Positions 18,740 to 27,907 are shown, counted from the first letter of the stretch. The stretch is DNA of 62,690 bases from an uncultured Candidatus Poseidoniales archaeon (GCA_964412625.1 CAYPPO010000005.1:1-62690); one strand, 5' to 3'. Translations and numbers: made by a program. Notes: a model not told the origin generated them from the sequence alone.

Positions 18740-18792
18740 CTATACACTCCTGAGGTCGGCACCTTTTCAACATTGGTGTATCACATGCAGCA

Positions 18793-18822
18793 TACCAATA
18801 TATTTCAATATTGATATTGGTA
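18793..18822. promoter_or_regulatory. Nested inverted repeat in the divergent psmB/sepF intergenic region (candidate operator)
   Basis: TACCAATAT (18793-18801) and ATATTGGTA (18814-18822) are reverse complements, flanking the perfect palindrome TCAATATTGA (18805-18814). Confidence 0.35.
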
Positions 18823-18904
18823 CACAAATCTCACCACACTAAATAGGTAAAACAGATACAAATCAATCGCAGTATTATTGTGATATGAGTGAACAGACTA
18901 AGTC

Positions 18905-19483
18905 ATGAAGCGAAAGAAAGACACTGATCCCCATCAGTCATCACTAGATTCTTTTGCTGATGTAGAGCTACCGAGTATGCCTGACTTAGACCAACTAGCA
19001 AAAGCAGACAAGATTCTAAAAGAAAACCAGACTATCAAGGAAGGCGAAAAAAGTAACACCTTGAATACGTTCGAAATGCCCAGCATGTCTAAAACTACCA
19101 AGAAAAACGAGGTCCCATCAAAACTAATCTTCCATAATTTAGGAAATAAGTACCCTGACCCGCCAATAATTTCCAATGATAATGGACTTGTAGTACACAG
19201 AGCGGTTTTGAATGATATGACTGGAATTCCAACCCTCCTAAACTGGCTTGCCGATGGTCACGCATCAATAGTTGAAATGGGTCGTTTGATAAAACGAGAC
19301 ACCGAATTTAGCGCCGCCTTAGATGAAATGCATACATTCATTGAGGGTGATTTGGGTGGACAAATTATACAGATAACCGATACAAGATTAATGCTTTTAC
19401 CCCCTGGCTGTCGAGGGCTTAAGGGAGTGGAAATGGAAGCATTTGCAGCGGGTGCCGAGGAGCTCGGTCGGAGAAGGTTGTAA
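18905..19483 (+). CDS. sepF: SepF-like cell division protein with long N-terminal low-complexity extension
   Basis: C-terminal ~90 aa fit the archaeal SepF pattern (LNWLADGHASIVEM...GGQIIQITDTRLMLLPPG). Adjacent to a ZPR1 gene, a common archaeal arrangement. Confidence 0.6.
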   Translation: MKRKKDTDPHQSSLDSFADVELPSMPDLDQLAKADKILKENQTIKEGEKSNTLNTFEMPSMSKTTKKNEVPSKLIFHNLGNKYPDPPIISNDNGLVVHRAVLNDMTGIPTLLNWLADGHASIVEMGRLIKRDTEFSAALDEMHTFIEGDLGGQIIQITDTRLMLLPPGCRGLKGVEMEAFAAGAEELGRRRL

Positions 19484-20115
19484 TGCAGGAATCACCAGTT
19501 GACATACCTTGTCCAATATGCCATCTGGAGGGTAAGGTCTACATGATTGCTCATATTGATGAAATTCCGTATTTTGGAGAACATACTCAGGTAACAGTGA
19601 TGTGTCATTCTTGTGGATGGAAACAGACCGATTTTATTCCTGCCGAAGGGAAAAAAGCGGGTTGTTGGTCTTTGAGTGTCAAAAATCAAACGCAATTAAA
19701 ATCAAGAGTTGTTAGGTCGTCTTCTTGCACCATTAGAATACCTGAACTAGACTTACAGGTAAATCCTGGTAGCAATGCGACTGGTTATGTTTCTAATGTG
19801 GAAGGGGTAATCAATAGATTTGTTGAGGTTATTAATATGGTGTTAAGAGACCTACAAAATGAGGTTTCAGCCAAATTGAGCGAAACCCAAACTGCAAGTT
19901 TGAGTTCTAGTATCAAAGAGATAGAGGAACTTGAATTATTAATTAGTCGATTAACAGGAATAGGTCAGGACAACAACGAACCGTTTACTCTGGAGTTACT
20001 TGACCCGCATGGTCATTCGATGATTATTGATGAATTAGCTAGCGAACGTGAATTATCAGACGAGGAAATTATCAGTTTGCCTACTGGACCGGACCCGGCA
20101 GTATTCTCTGCCTAA
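19483..20115 (+). CDS. ZPR1 zinc finger domain protein
   Basis: CPIC...EIPYFGE...CHSCGWK, RVVRSSS, IPELDL, NVEGVI and LLDPHGHSMI. Confidence 0.92.
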   Translation: MQESPVDIPCPICHLEGKVYMIAHIDEIPYFGEHTQVTVMCHSCGWKQTDFIPAEGKKAGCWSLSVKNQTQLKSRVVRSSSCTIRIPELDLQVNPGSNATGYVSNVEGVINRFVEVINMVLRDLQNEVSAKLSETQTASLSSSIKEIEELELLISRLTGIGQDNNEPFTLELLDPHGHSMIIDELASERELSDEEIISLPTGPDPAVFSA

Positions 20116-21501
20116 CTACTGCGCATCTCTAGCCAAAAAATCATGTGTTAAATGTTCTGTTTGGGCGCGCAACTCTTGGTGATTTTTCATCCAGTCAGTG
20201 GCCTTATCAATACATAATTGCTTCATTTCACCGGCTAGAATTTTACCGCTTCGATAAGCTGAATTTATTTCACCGAGATAAGCATCATCTTGTTCAAAGA
20301 AATACATCATGTACTGATAAGCAACATCAATATCAGGATTACCTCCTAGCCTACGATGTTCCTCTATGGTTGATTGACCACCGGAATACGCCTTGCTTAT
20401 TTTCTTGGTTACAGACTCTATATCATCATCCAAGAATATTGTAGTTTTGGGTTTGCTGCTGCTCATTTTTTCTCCAGTCAATCCAACAGCAAAGTGGTGA
20501 TAAGTTGATGACGGTGCAAGCAAACCCATGCCACCTAATTTACGTTCGAGTTCAAGCAACTTAAGTCGGATATCAATCATATCTCTATTTGTAGCACTTG
20601 GCACCACAATAGTTCCCTGCTTTGGATTCGAGTTTATGTCTGAGAAGCCGATTTCTGCTAAATCTGCAACTATCATATCGAAAACACTGGCAACTTTTTT
20701 GCGGTCTATTCTGCCGTTGGGTTGTTGACCTAATAGATCTGCATTTTCATCCTGAACTGAAAGTCCAATCAAAACGCCTGGGCCATTGTTATTCTTGATG
20801 TTAAACCAGTTCGTTTTTGATGCAATTCCTCTTGTTAACCGTAAGTGTGGATCTTGATCCACTCCTACCGGCACTACAATTGGTCTCAAGCCGCCAAAAT
20901 CTTCCGTCTGCGGGTGCAAAATATCGCCAACTTGGACCATCGGAGCTTGAACATGAGCCAAGTTAGTCTCACCACGGAATCCATAAATTGACTCAAATTC
21001 ACTAAGATTGGTGCGCTTTCCCAACTTAAAGCCAAGGCGTTGAACCTCGGAACGTGTGGATTGGAAATAGACATTTGTCAAATTCGGGTCTAATCCCAAT
21101 GCAGCATAATTCGCCACATATTCAGTTAGTGCGATATTTCTACCGTTTTCTAAACTCACACCCCTTGTTGCTTGACTTTCCAAGTCTGCTACGGCAATTG
21201 TAACATCACCACCCATTTCTTGGAACCACCTAACCTGTTCAATTACCATAGAATGACCTAGGTGCATTCTCCCACTTGGCATCAAACCAGTAAGTACTCC
21301 AAATTCACCCCCGGTTTTTTGTGCGTGTAAAACAACATCCAAGTCTCGATGTGCAAAGATTATCCCTCGCCTGTGTAGGTGGGACGGATTTGGTATTGAC
21401 AAATTATTCATGTTTGAAAGCCCGAACTGCTCGATAATTCTGGAATAATCTGTAGATTGGGTACTACTCCATGGGTCTATCTTTAAATCATCAGCCACCA
21501 T
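20116..21501 (-). CDS. trpS: Tryptophan--tRNA ligase (archaeal type, with ~90-aa insertion)
   Basis: GLMPSGRMHLGH (HIGH), VGVDQDPHLRL and KMSSS. Confidence 0.95.
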   Translation of the reverse strand: MVADDLKIDPWSSTQSTDYSRIIEQFGLSNMNNLSIPNPSHLHRRGIIFAHRDLDVVLHAQKTGGEFGVLTGLMPSGRMHLGHSMVIEQVRWFQEMGGDVTIAVADLESQATRGVSLENGRNIALTEYVANYAALGLDPNLTNVYFQSTRSEVQRLGFKLGKRTNLSEFESIYGFRGETNLAHVQAPMVQVGDILHPQTEDFGGLRPIVVPVGVDQDPHLRLTRGIASKTNWFNIKNNNGPGVLIGLSVQDENADLLGQQPNGRIDRKKVASVFDMIVADLAEIGFSDINSNPKQGTIVVPSATNRDMIDIRLKLLELERKLGGMGLLAPSSTYHHFAVGLTGEKMSSSKPKTTIFLDDDIESVTKKISKAYSGGQSTIEEHRRLGGNPDIDVAYQYMMYFFEQDDAYLGEINSAYRSGKILAGEMKQLCIDKATDWMKNHQELRAQTEHLTHDFLARDAQ

Positions 21502-21571
21502 CTTTTCCCCTAAGGTTGACTCGCTAGCCTTATTTCATCAAGCCTTCGATTAAAATTGAAAGATTGTGTTC

Positions 21572-22783
21572 TTATCGATTAGTTTCTCGTTTTGCCAAAG
21601 GCCCTAATCCTTCTCGTCTCAACACCAGCATCATGGTCAATATTGCGGTTGCGCCAATACCGACAGCTGCATATGGCAACCAATCTGCATTTCCATCGAG
21701 TTCCCGCGGTTGAATTAACCACGTGAATACCAAGTCCTCCTGGTCGACAAATCTTTTCGACCACTTGAACAAATCCGCAGTTTCATGTGCCGCAATTGTG
21801 ATTGCCGCAGTATGATTGTTCCAAAAATTAGCAATCCCCATGACGTCGTAATAATTTGACTCTATTGTGATGTTTACAGATTTTCCATCAACTACACTGA
21901 GATGTAAATACTGGTTGGCTAATTTTGTATAGCCCTCTTGAGTATGACGTTCTTGCTTGATATCAATCATCACCTCACCACCAGACGATATATTCAAGAT
22001 TTCAGAATTCCCTAAATCTACCACCCAGGTAATTGGAACATTCCACCTCTCAGGGAATAAATTAGTACATTGCTCTTTGACAAGAGACTGAAAGGTAAGG
22101 ATGAAATTCTCACCTTGTGGAGAAATTGAATGGTCAAATTCGTAACACCTACTTTTTGCCCAATATGACCATGTCTGTCCCCATGTGGTCAGCCAAGCAT
22201 CAGCATCTTCGGCGATGTAATCTTCGATGTCTGAGTCATGACGAATCGTTGCTTCATTAACCCGACCTATCCAATACAGATTTACTAAACCACCCTCTTC
22301 AACCGCAGTTTGAACATCATCAACAGAACCGATTATTTGCTCTAAACTACCACCTCTACGCCCTAAATTATACCAGTCCCAGAGGTCTTGTGGGATGTCT
22401 GAGGAATTGTGCCAAGCAGTATAATCAAGACCATTTAAGTCACCATGGACAACAAATCCTTGTTTTGAAATAACTTCGTGCTGATTCATCGTCAACCCAC
22501 TCGGCGTGTAAGTGGAAATCGGATTTACGCCCCATCTATTGGCTTCAATTCGCTGCTCAATGTACTCTCGGCATTCAGACGCGACAGCCCCTGGGTCGGC
22601 TTTCCAAGATAGACCCGGAATTTCGTAGCATCCGAATTCATCGCCATTATTCAACCGCTCCTGAACCAAATTCGTGTTTAGCCAACCATCCTCATCCCAC
22701 TCAGCGTCAGCAATAGCAACCGGTGAAAAAATAAGGCCGAGGATGACAAAAAGGACACAACCTGTAGACTTTGCGTACCTCAA
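21572..22783 (-). CDS. Secreted membrane-anchored protein, possibly a circularly permuted degenerate CE4/polysaccharide deacetylase fold
   Basis: Signal peptide and C-terminal TM helix. Internal segments resemble NodB motifs in permuted order (see findings). TTG start. Confidence 0.6.
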   Translation of the reverse strand: MRYAKSTGCVLFVILGLIFSPVAIADAEWDEDGWLNTNLVQERLNNGDEFGCYEIPGLSWKADPGAVASECREYIEQRIEANRWGVNPISTYTPSGLTMNQHEVISKQGFVVHGDLNGLDYTAWHNSSDIPQDLWDWYNLGRRGGSLEQIIGSVDDVQTAVEEGGLVNLYWIGRVNEATIRHDSDIEDYIAEDADAWLTTWGQTWSYWAKSRCYEFDHSISPQGENFILTFQSLVKEQCTNLFPERWNVPITWVVDLGNSEILNISSGGEVMIDIKQERHTQEGYTKLANQYLHLSVVDGKSVNITIESNYYDVMGIANFWNNHTAAITIAAHETADLFKWSKRFVDQEDLVFTWLIQPRELDGNADWLPYAAVGIGATAILTMMLVLRREGLGPLAKRETNR

Positions 22784-22924
22784 TCAAACACAACCCAAAC
22801 GGGAGTTGCTCAATTAACATGTTTTTCATACTTCGTATTCGGGTGGATATCTATGTATGGCTAATTGGCATTTTTTTACCAATTTCAAAAGCAACTATGA
22901 AAGAGTAAACCATTTAGCATTTGC

Positions 22925-23713
22925 ATGACCAATTCGCTAAGCAGCTTAGAAAATGCTTGGCAACTCCTCGAGGAACACTGGAGAATTCAGCCTCACAGCG
23001 GAGGAATTGGTTATACGCCAGGATACTCAATTATCAGGTTCATATTCTCACCGATAATAAGAAGTATGGCGCGGATTAAATCAACCGGATGTGAACACAT
23101 CCCCGGTAGTGGCGCTACTATTTTTGCAGCAAATCATCTATCACACGTAGACCCGATATTGGTGATTGCATCATCAAGACGGAAAGTCCATTATCTTGCC
23201 AAAGATGGCCATTTCAAAAATTTCTTTCTGCGTATGGTGATGAATATTACTGGACAGATAGAGACCCACAGGGAAGCAGGTGGGGATGCAGCTCTAGCAT
23301 CTGCTTCAGATGTTTTGGCATCCGATTCGGCTTTGGGAATTTTTCCTGAAGGAACCAGATCAAAAAAGACAGAAAAGCCGTTTCTACTGCCTGGCAAAAC
23401 CGGCATTGCTAGACTAGCAGCATCATTTCCACATGCAAAAATAATTCCTGTAGCACTTGTTGGAACAAGAGAAATGATGGCTCCTCAAGAAGACAAGTTA
23501 CCGAAAATTTGGAAGGCGGTGAATGTCAATTTCGGACGCGATATTACTTGGCTACAATGGCTAGGAGACCCTAAAGGTGGTGCTATGAACACAACAATGT
23601 TAGAGGAGTTACTAACCAAAGAAAAGCACGAAATTAAAACAATAATCGCCGGATTATACAGAAAATTTACTGACCAACTTATGCAAAGTATTTCCACACT
23701 GGGTGCCCCTTGA
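22925..23713 (+). CDS. plsC: 1-acyl-sn-glycerol-3-phosphate acyltransferase (PlsC/LPLAT family)
   Basis: NHLSHVD (HX4D), YLAK, IFPEGTRS, GKTGIARLA and IPVAL. Confidence 0.9.
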   Translation: MTNSLSSLENAWQLLEEHWRIQPHSGGIGYTPGYSIIRFIFSPIIRSMARIKSTGCEHIPGSGATIFAANHLSHVDPILVIASSRRKVHYLAKDGHFKNFFLRMVMNITGQIETHREAGGDAALASASDVLASDSALGIFPEGTRSKKTEKPFLLPGKTGIARLAASFPHAKIIPVALVGTREMMAPQEDKLPKIWKAVNVNFGRDITWLQWLGDPKGGAMNTTMLEELLTKEKHEIKTIIAGLYRKFTDQLMQSISTLGAP

Positions 23714-23772
23714 ATATAATTTAATCGAGAAATTATCAAGTGCTGGCTTCCGATGGTAAGGCTGGTGATGGT

Positions 23773-24567
23773 GTGGAACAGTATCTGAATCTTATTCAGA
23801 GGATCCTCGATGATGGCGAGCAAAAAGGCGACAGAACAGGTACTGGGACGCTATCTGTTTTTGGTCACCAAATGAGGTTCGACCTATCGAAGGGGTTTCC
23901 CATGGTCACTACAAAAAAATTACATCTAAAATCCATTATCTATGAATTACTTTGGTTTCTTAAGGGTGATACAAATGTCAAATATCTCCAGGACAATGGC
24001 GTTAGAATTTGGAATGAATGGGCTGACCATAATGGTGATCTGGGACCGGTTTATGGCAAGCAGTGGCGTAAATGGGAAACAAAAGATGGACGGGTTATCG
24101 ATCAAGTTGCAGAAGCTATTGAAATGATAAAAAACAATCCAAACAGCAGAAGAATAATTGTTTCCGCATGGAACGTCGGTGAATTGGATGAAATGGCATT
24201 AATGCCCTGTCATGCCTTTTTCCAGTTCCATGTTGCTAACGGAAAACTAAATTGCCAGTTGTATCAAAGAAGTGCAGACGTATTTCTTGGAGTGCCGTTT
24301 AATATCGCATCATATGCTTTACTTACTGAAATGATGGCTCAAGTATGTGGATTGAAACCTGGAGTCTTTGTCCACACAATAGGCGATGCTCACCTCTACA
24401 ATAACCATCTTGAGCAAGCCAAGTTACAAGTCACACGAAAACCACTCCCATTACCAAATCTGAAATTAAATCCAGAAATAGATAATATTGACAACTTTCA
24501 TTTTGAAGATATTGAAGTTCTAAATTATCAACATCATCCGCATATCTCAGCCCCTATTTCGATATGA
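23773..24567 (+). CDS. thyA: Thymidylate synthase, bacterial type
   Basis: [63 protein letters not shown] and GDAHLY. GTG start at 23773 after GGTGA (MEQYLNLI). Confidence 0.97.
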   Translation: MEQYLNLIQRILDDGEQKGDRTGTGTLSVFGHQMRFDLSKGFPMVTTKKLHLKSIIYELLWFLKGDTNVKYLQDNGVRIWNEWADHNGDLGPVYGKQWRKWETKDGRVIDQVAEAIEMIKNNPNSRRIIVSAWNVGELDEMALMPCHAFFQFHVANGKLNCQLYQRSADVFLGVPFNIASYALLTEMMAQVCGLKPGVFVHTIGDAHLYNNHLEQAKLQVTRKPLPLPNLKLNPEIDNIDNFHFEDIEVLNYQHHPHISAPISI

Positions 24568-24576
24568 GGTAATTAT

Positions 24577-25047
24577 ATGTTGACAATGATATTTGCTTGT
24601 GATATGAATAATGCCATTGGAAAAGATGGGGATTTGCCATGGCGACAATCCACAGACTTGCAGCACTTCAAGAAAATTACATTGGGTGGAACGATTGTCA
24701 TGGGCAGGAAAACGTGGGAGAGTCTACCGGGTAGGTTACCCGACCGTAGACACTTAGTGATGACTCGTGGCAATCGGGAAGATGTTGACACAATTACCTA
24801 TCAAGAGGTTTTAGAGCTCTCGAAAGAGGAAGAGATTTTTATTATTGGTGGGGGTGAAATATACACACTCTTCCTGCCTCATGTCAATAAGATTCATCGG
24901 ACAATAATCCATTGCGAAGTCGATAATGCAGACACCTTTGCTCCTGAGATAAATTCAGAAATTTTCAAAGTTTCACAAAGTGAAATGGTGCCAAAATCTG
25001 CTAGGGATGAATACGACATGACTTTCGAATTACTACTACGAATCTAA
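24577..25047 (+). CDS. folA: Dihydrofolate reductase
   Basis: IGKDGDLPW, DLQHFK, VMGRKTWESL, LPDRRH, FIIGGGEIY and ADTFAP. 9 nt after thyA. Confidence 0.95.
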   Translation: MLTMIFACDMNNAIGKDGDLPWRQSTDLQHFKKITLGGTIVMGRKTWESLPGRLPDRRHLVMTRGNREDVDTITYQEVLELSKEEEIFIIGGGEIYTLFLPHVNKIHRTIIHCEVDNADTFAPEINSEIFKVSQSEMVPKSARDEYDMTFELLLRI

Positions 25048-25128
25048 CTATTCTTGCTCCTCGCCAATTTGTAGTTCCGTCTAGTCGATTTAGTTATTTG
25101 ATTCTACAAGCTTATGCTAAGAATTTGA

Positions 25129-25500
25129 TTAATCCTTATTTTGATACTCAGTGACTCTTACTCCTAGCCTACCAGTTAACGCTTTTCGTTGCATTATTCT
25201 ATGATATTTCTTTTCAAATGCTGATTTTAAATCAACTTTCATTGCGATTGAATGCCCCAACAACAATATCAATACGTCCGCCATCTCCTCGGCACATTCT
25301 TCCAATGGTTTACCCTTGGTGATGGCTGCTGACAGTTCGCCAAGTTCCTCAACAGTCAAAGCAATCCGATAACCCATATCATGACCATTTTTGCCGGCAA
25401 AGTCATGTTTATGATGAAATTCTGCAACTTTTTTCATCATTACTTCCCATTCGTTTGTTGGTTCGTAAGATACCCAATCGGTTACCGACATACCGTCCAT
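25129..25500 (-). CDS. MazG-like nucleotide pyrophosphohydrolase
   Basis: EELGEL...EEMADVL ExxE/ExxD pattern. Start taken at ATG 25500 (TTATAT about 23 nt upstream). Confidence 0.85.
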   Translation of the reverse strand: MDGMSVTDWVSYEPTNEWEVMMKKVAEFHHKHDFAGKNGHDMGYRIALTVEELGELSAAITKGKPLEECAEEMADVLILLLGHSIAMKVDLKSAFEKKYHRIMQRKALTGRLGVRVTEYQNKD

Positions 25501-25537
25501 GCAGGCAATGGATTCGAGAAGCAGAATATAACTTTCC

Positions 25538-26338
25538 TCATGCAGCCAGTAACTCAAAAATGCTGTGGAGCACTGGATCAAGACGTTGATTAGCCTGTTG
25601 TGATACTAGTGTATGAGACAAATCTGCTGTTGGATCACCCGGCTCCCTTCCTGCAGCCCAGTTTGATGATATGCATACCGCTGAGTATGGGATTGACAAT
25701 TCATTGGCTAATTTGACCTCACGAGCCATGGTCATTCCGACCATCTCTCCACCTAGTTTATCGATAGCATCAACTTCTGCTCTAGTCTCAAAGTGTGGAC
25801 CTTGCGCCAACCAATAAGTGTAGTACATCTTTTCGCTTTCTGAGAAACCTTGAGAGTTCCTGAGATAATTTTCAAGTATACTGTTTAATTGTGCACTAAA
25901 TGGTTCTGTGACCGAAGTGAAAACGGCAAAAGTATCATTGAAGCTAGTTGCAATTCCAGTAAAATCGATGTATTGTCCAGCGAGAACAACTTTACCCGGC
26001 GGTAAATCACTTACTATTGCCCCAATTGAGCAAACAGATACTATAGCATCACAACCGGAATCTTGCAATGCTTTGAGGTTAGCTTTGTGGTTAATCATGT
26101 GAGGTGGCTTGTTGGCACTTCCCTTGTTGTGATGGCGTTGAAGAAAAATCAATTCTTTGATTTTCCCATTACACCTGATAGATATACATCTTAAAGGAAC
26201 CTGACCAAAATCGGTCTCTGCAGTTACGTCATCTACCCGTATTACTTCGAGACCTCTAGATTTCAGTTCTGATTCATGCTGCGACTCTATGTCAATAGAA
26301 ACTAAACCAGTTCCACCGATGATGCCTATTCGGTCCAT
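25538..26338 (-). CDS. Methylthioadenosine phosphorylase / purine nucleoside phosphorylase family
   Basis: IGIIGGTG, FLQRHH, PPHMINHKAN, QGPHFETRAE, VGMT and SNWAAG. Confidence 0.9.
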   Translation of the reverse strand: MDRIGIIGGTGLVSIDIESQHESELKSRGLEVIRVDDVTAETDFGQVPLRCISIRCNGKIKELIFLQRHHNKGSANKPPHMINHKANLKALQDSGCDAIVSVCSIGAIVSDLPPGKVVLAGQYIDFTGIATSFNDTFAVFTSVTEPFSAQLNSILENYLRNSQGFSESEKMYYTYWLAQGPHFETRAEVDAIDKLGGEMVGMTMAREVKLANELSIPYSAVCISSNWAAGREPGDPTADLSHTLVSQQANQRLDPVLHSIFELLAA

Positions 26339-26361
26339 ATGCCGACAACACCTTGGGAAAG

Positions 26362-27345
26362 TTATTCTTGTAATCTAGCGATTAATTCTGCTTTCTTACC
26401 CGATACTGGTTTACCAGCAGCCTTCAGTAATTCTTTGAGTTCTGCAACAGTCATATTATCATAATCTTGACTATCTGATTCCGATACCTCATCAACTTCA
26501 ACTGATTCTGACTCCTCAGGTACTTCCGCCTCAGCTGCTGGACCTGCCTCTTCCTCTGAATTCTCCTCTTCTGATTCTGGGTCCATAGCCTCTGCAGCAT
26601 CTAGAATTGAGGGGGATTCTCCTGCTTCCTCCTCCATTGCAGCAGCAAGTGCAGCTGCTTTCTTGGCTTTAACTTCAGCAGCAACTCTGGCCTCTTCTGC
26701 ATGAATCTCATCTAGCGTAGGCCCTTTCTCAGTTACGACACCAGACTGTAGTAGTTGGCTCTTTCTGATGGATACTGACTTTATTGGATAAACTGGTTTA
26801 ACCGTTTTACGGATATCTTCTTCAAGCTCTCCACCTAGGATTGATTCCTGTAGTTTTGCGTAGGTGCTCTTTGCGGCAAATCCGAGTAACAAATCTCTTG
26901 TCTTGGATCGCATTACTTGCTTGACTGATGTTTGTACTCGCTTTTGAGTAATGATTAGCGGTTTGAGCCTAACGAGGTAGCCATCGGTTGTGACCACATC
27001 TACAACGTCATCTATTTTACCTCGATAACGTCTAATTTGTCTCCTTGTGTGATCAGTCTGGTGGTGATGTCCAATGAAGGTAGTCAATGCATCTTGTCCA
27101 ACACATTCATCCACTCTAAATCTAAGGATAACATGCATTTTAGTGAAATCGCCATTAAATTCTTGCAGAGTCATTTCGTAAACTCTACCGATAATTGATT
27201 CGTCCGACTCTCCGATTGTCTCTCCGATGTTCTTGAAATCCCAAGGGTGTCGTGGTGCACGTATTGTGTACCACCGCTTCATCTTCCACTTGTCACGCTG
27301 TTTTCGTGCTGCTGCACGTGCTTTTGCACTCACTTTCTTTGCCAT
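26362..27345 (-). CDS. rps3ae: 30S ribosomal protein S3Ae (eS1) fused to an acidic linker and C-terminal SAP domain
   Basis: RDKWKMKRWYTIRAP, RRYRGKID and YPIKSVSIRKS core, then an Ala/Glu-rich linker and MTVAELKELLKAAGKPVSGKKAELIARL (SAP consensus). Start taken at MAKKVS. Confidence 0.93.
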   Translation of the reverse strand: MAKKVSAKARAAARKQRDKWKMKRWYTIRAPRHPWDFKNIGETIGESDESIIGRVYEMTLQEFNGDFTKMHVILRFRVDECVGQDALTTFIGHHHQTDHTRRQIRRYRGKIDDVVDVVTTDGYLVRLKPLIITQKRVQTSVKQVMRSKTRDLLLGFAAKSTYAKLQESILGGELEEDIRKTVKPVYPIKSVSIRKSQLLQSGVVTEKGPTLDEIHAEEARVAAEVKAKKAAALAAAMEEEAGESPSILDAAEAMDPESEEENSEEEAGPAAEAEVPEESESVEVDEVSESDSQDYDNMTVAELKELLKAAGKPVSGKKAELIARLQE

Positions 27346-27357
27346 CGATATCAACTC

Positions 27358-27403
27358 GGTTAGTCTTGCGGGGGCTACCCCACTAGCAAGTTGCCGACTA
27401 ACC
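27358..27403. other. Compound stem-loop upstream of rps3ae
   Basis: GGTTAGTC (27358-27365)/GACTAACC (27396-27403), TTGC/GCAA and GGGG/CCCC nested pairings. Confidence 0.4.
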
Positions 27404-27490
27404 TCCCCTATTTGAAAGAGACTATTGTGAACACATCGTTAGATTCAGCAGTTCAATAAACCTCATGAATGATAATTTATCGGGCAAATT

Positions 27491-27907
27491 ATGGGAGTTC
27501 ATCACCTCACCTGCCGCGCAACGGCAAGTGGAATCGACAATCTTTCGGCAATCGCCAATGCAATAGCATGGTTGTGCGGTGATATAGATTTAGTGAATAT
27601 CGATAAAACAACTTCCTATCACGGATCTGAAATAAACATAATAACGGTGAAAGTTGCAAAAAATAGTGATATTAAGTCGGTGGTTGAAAAATTGAAACTG
27701 GGTAACCTGGCAAAACTCAAGGTCAATCTAAAACAAAGGATTGACGAGAATAACACATTGCACTTTCGTTTGTGCCTTAATTCGATCATAAATGAAAAGA
27801 TAATTGTCGTTGATGCTGAAGAAAAGTCAGTTAAGTTTAGCATCAAAATTGAGGCATATCCTGGACAAAATCCGATGGATAATATATCATCGATTCTTGG
27901 ACTATAA
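27491..27907 (+). CDS. Archaeal RNA-binding protein (PF01877/DUF54-like)
   Basis: HATED-like RATASGID, SYHGSEINII and LHFRLC pattern; divergent from rps3ae. Confidence 0.7.
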   Translation: MGVHHLTCRATASGIDNLSAIANAIAWLCGDIDLVNIDKTTSYHGSEINIITVKVAKNSDIKSVVEKLKLGNLAKLKVNLKQRIDENNTLHFRLCLNSIINEKIIVVDAEEKSVKFSIKIEAYPGQNPMDNISSILGL

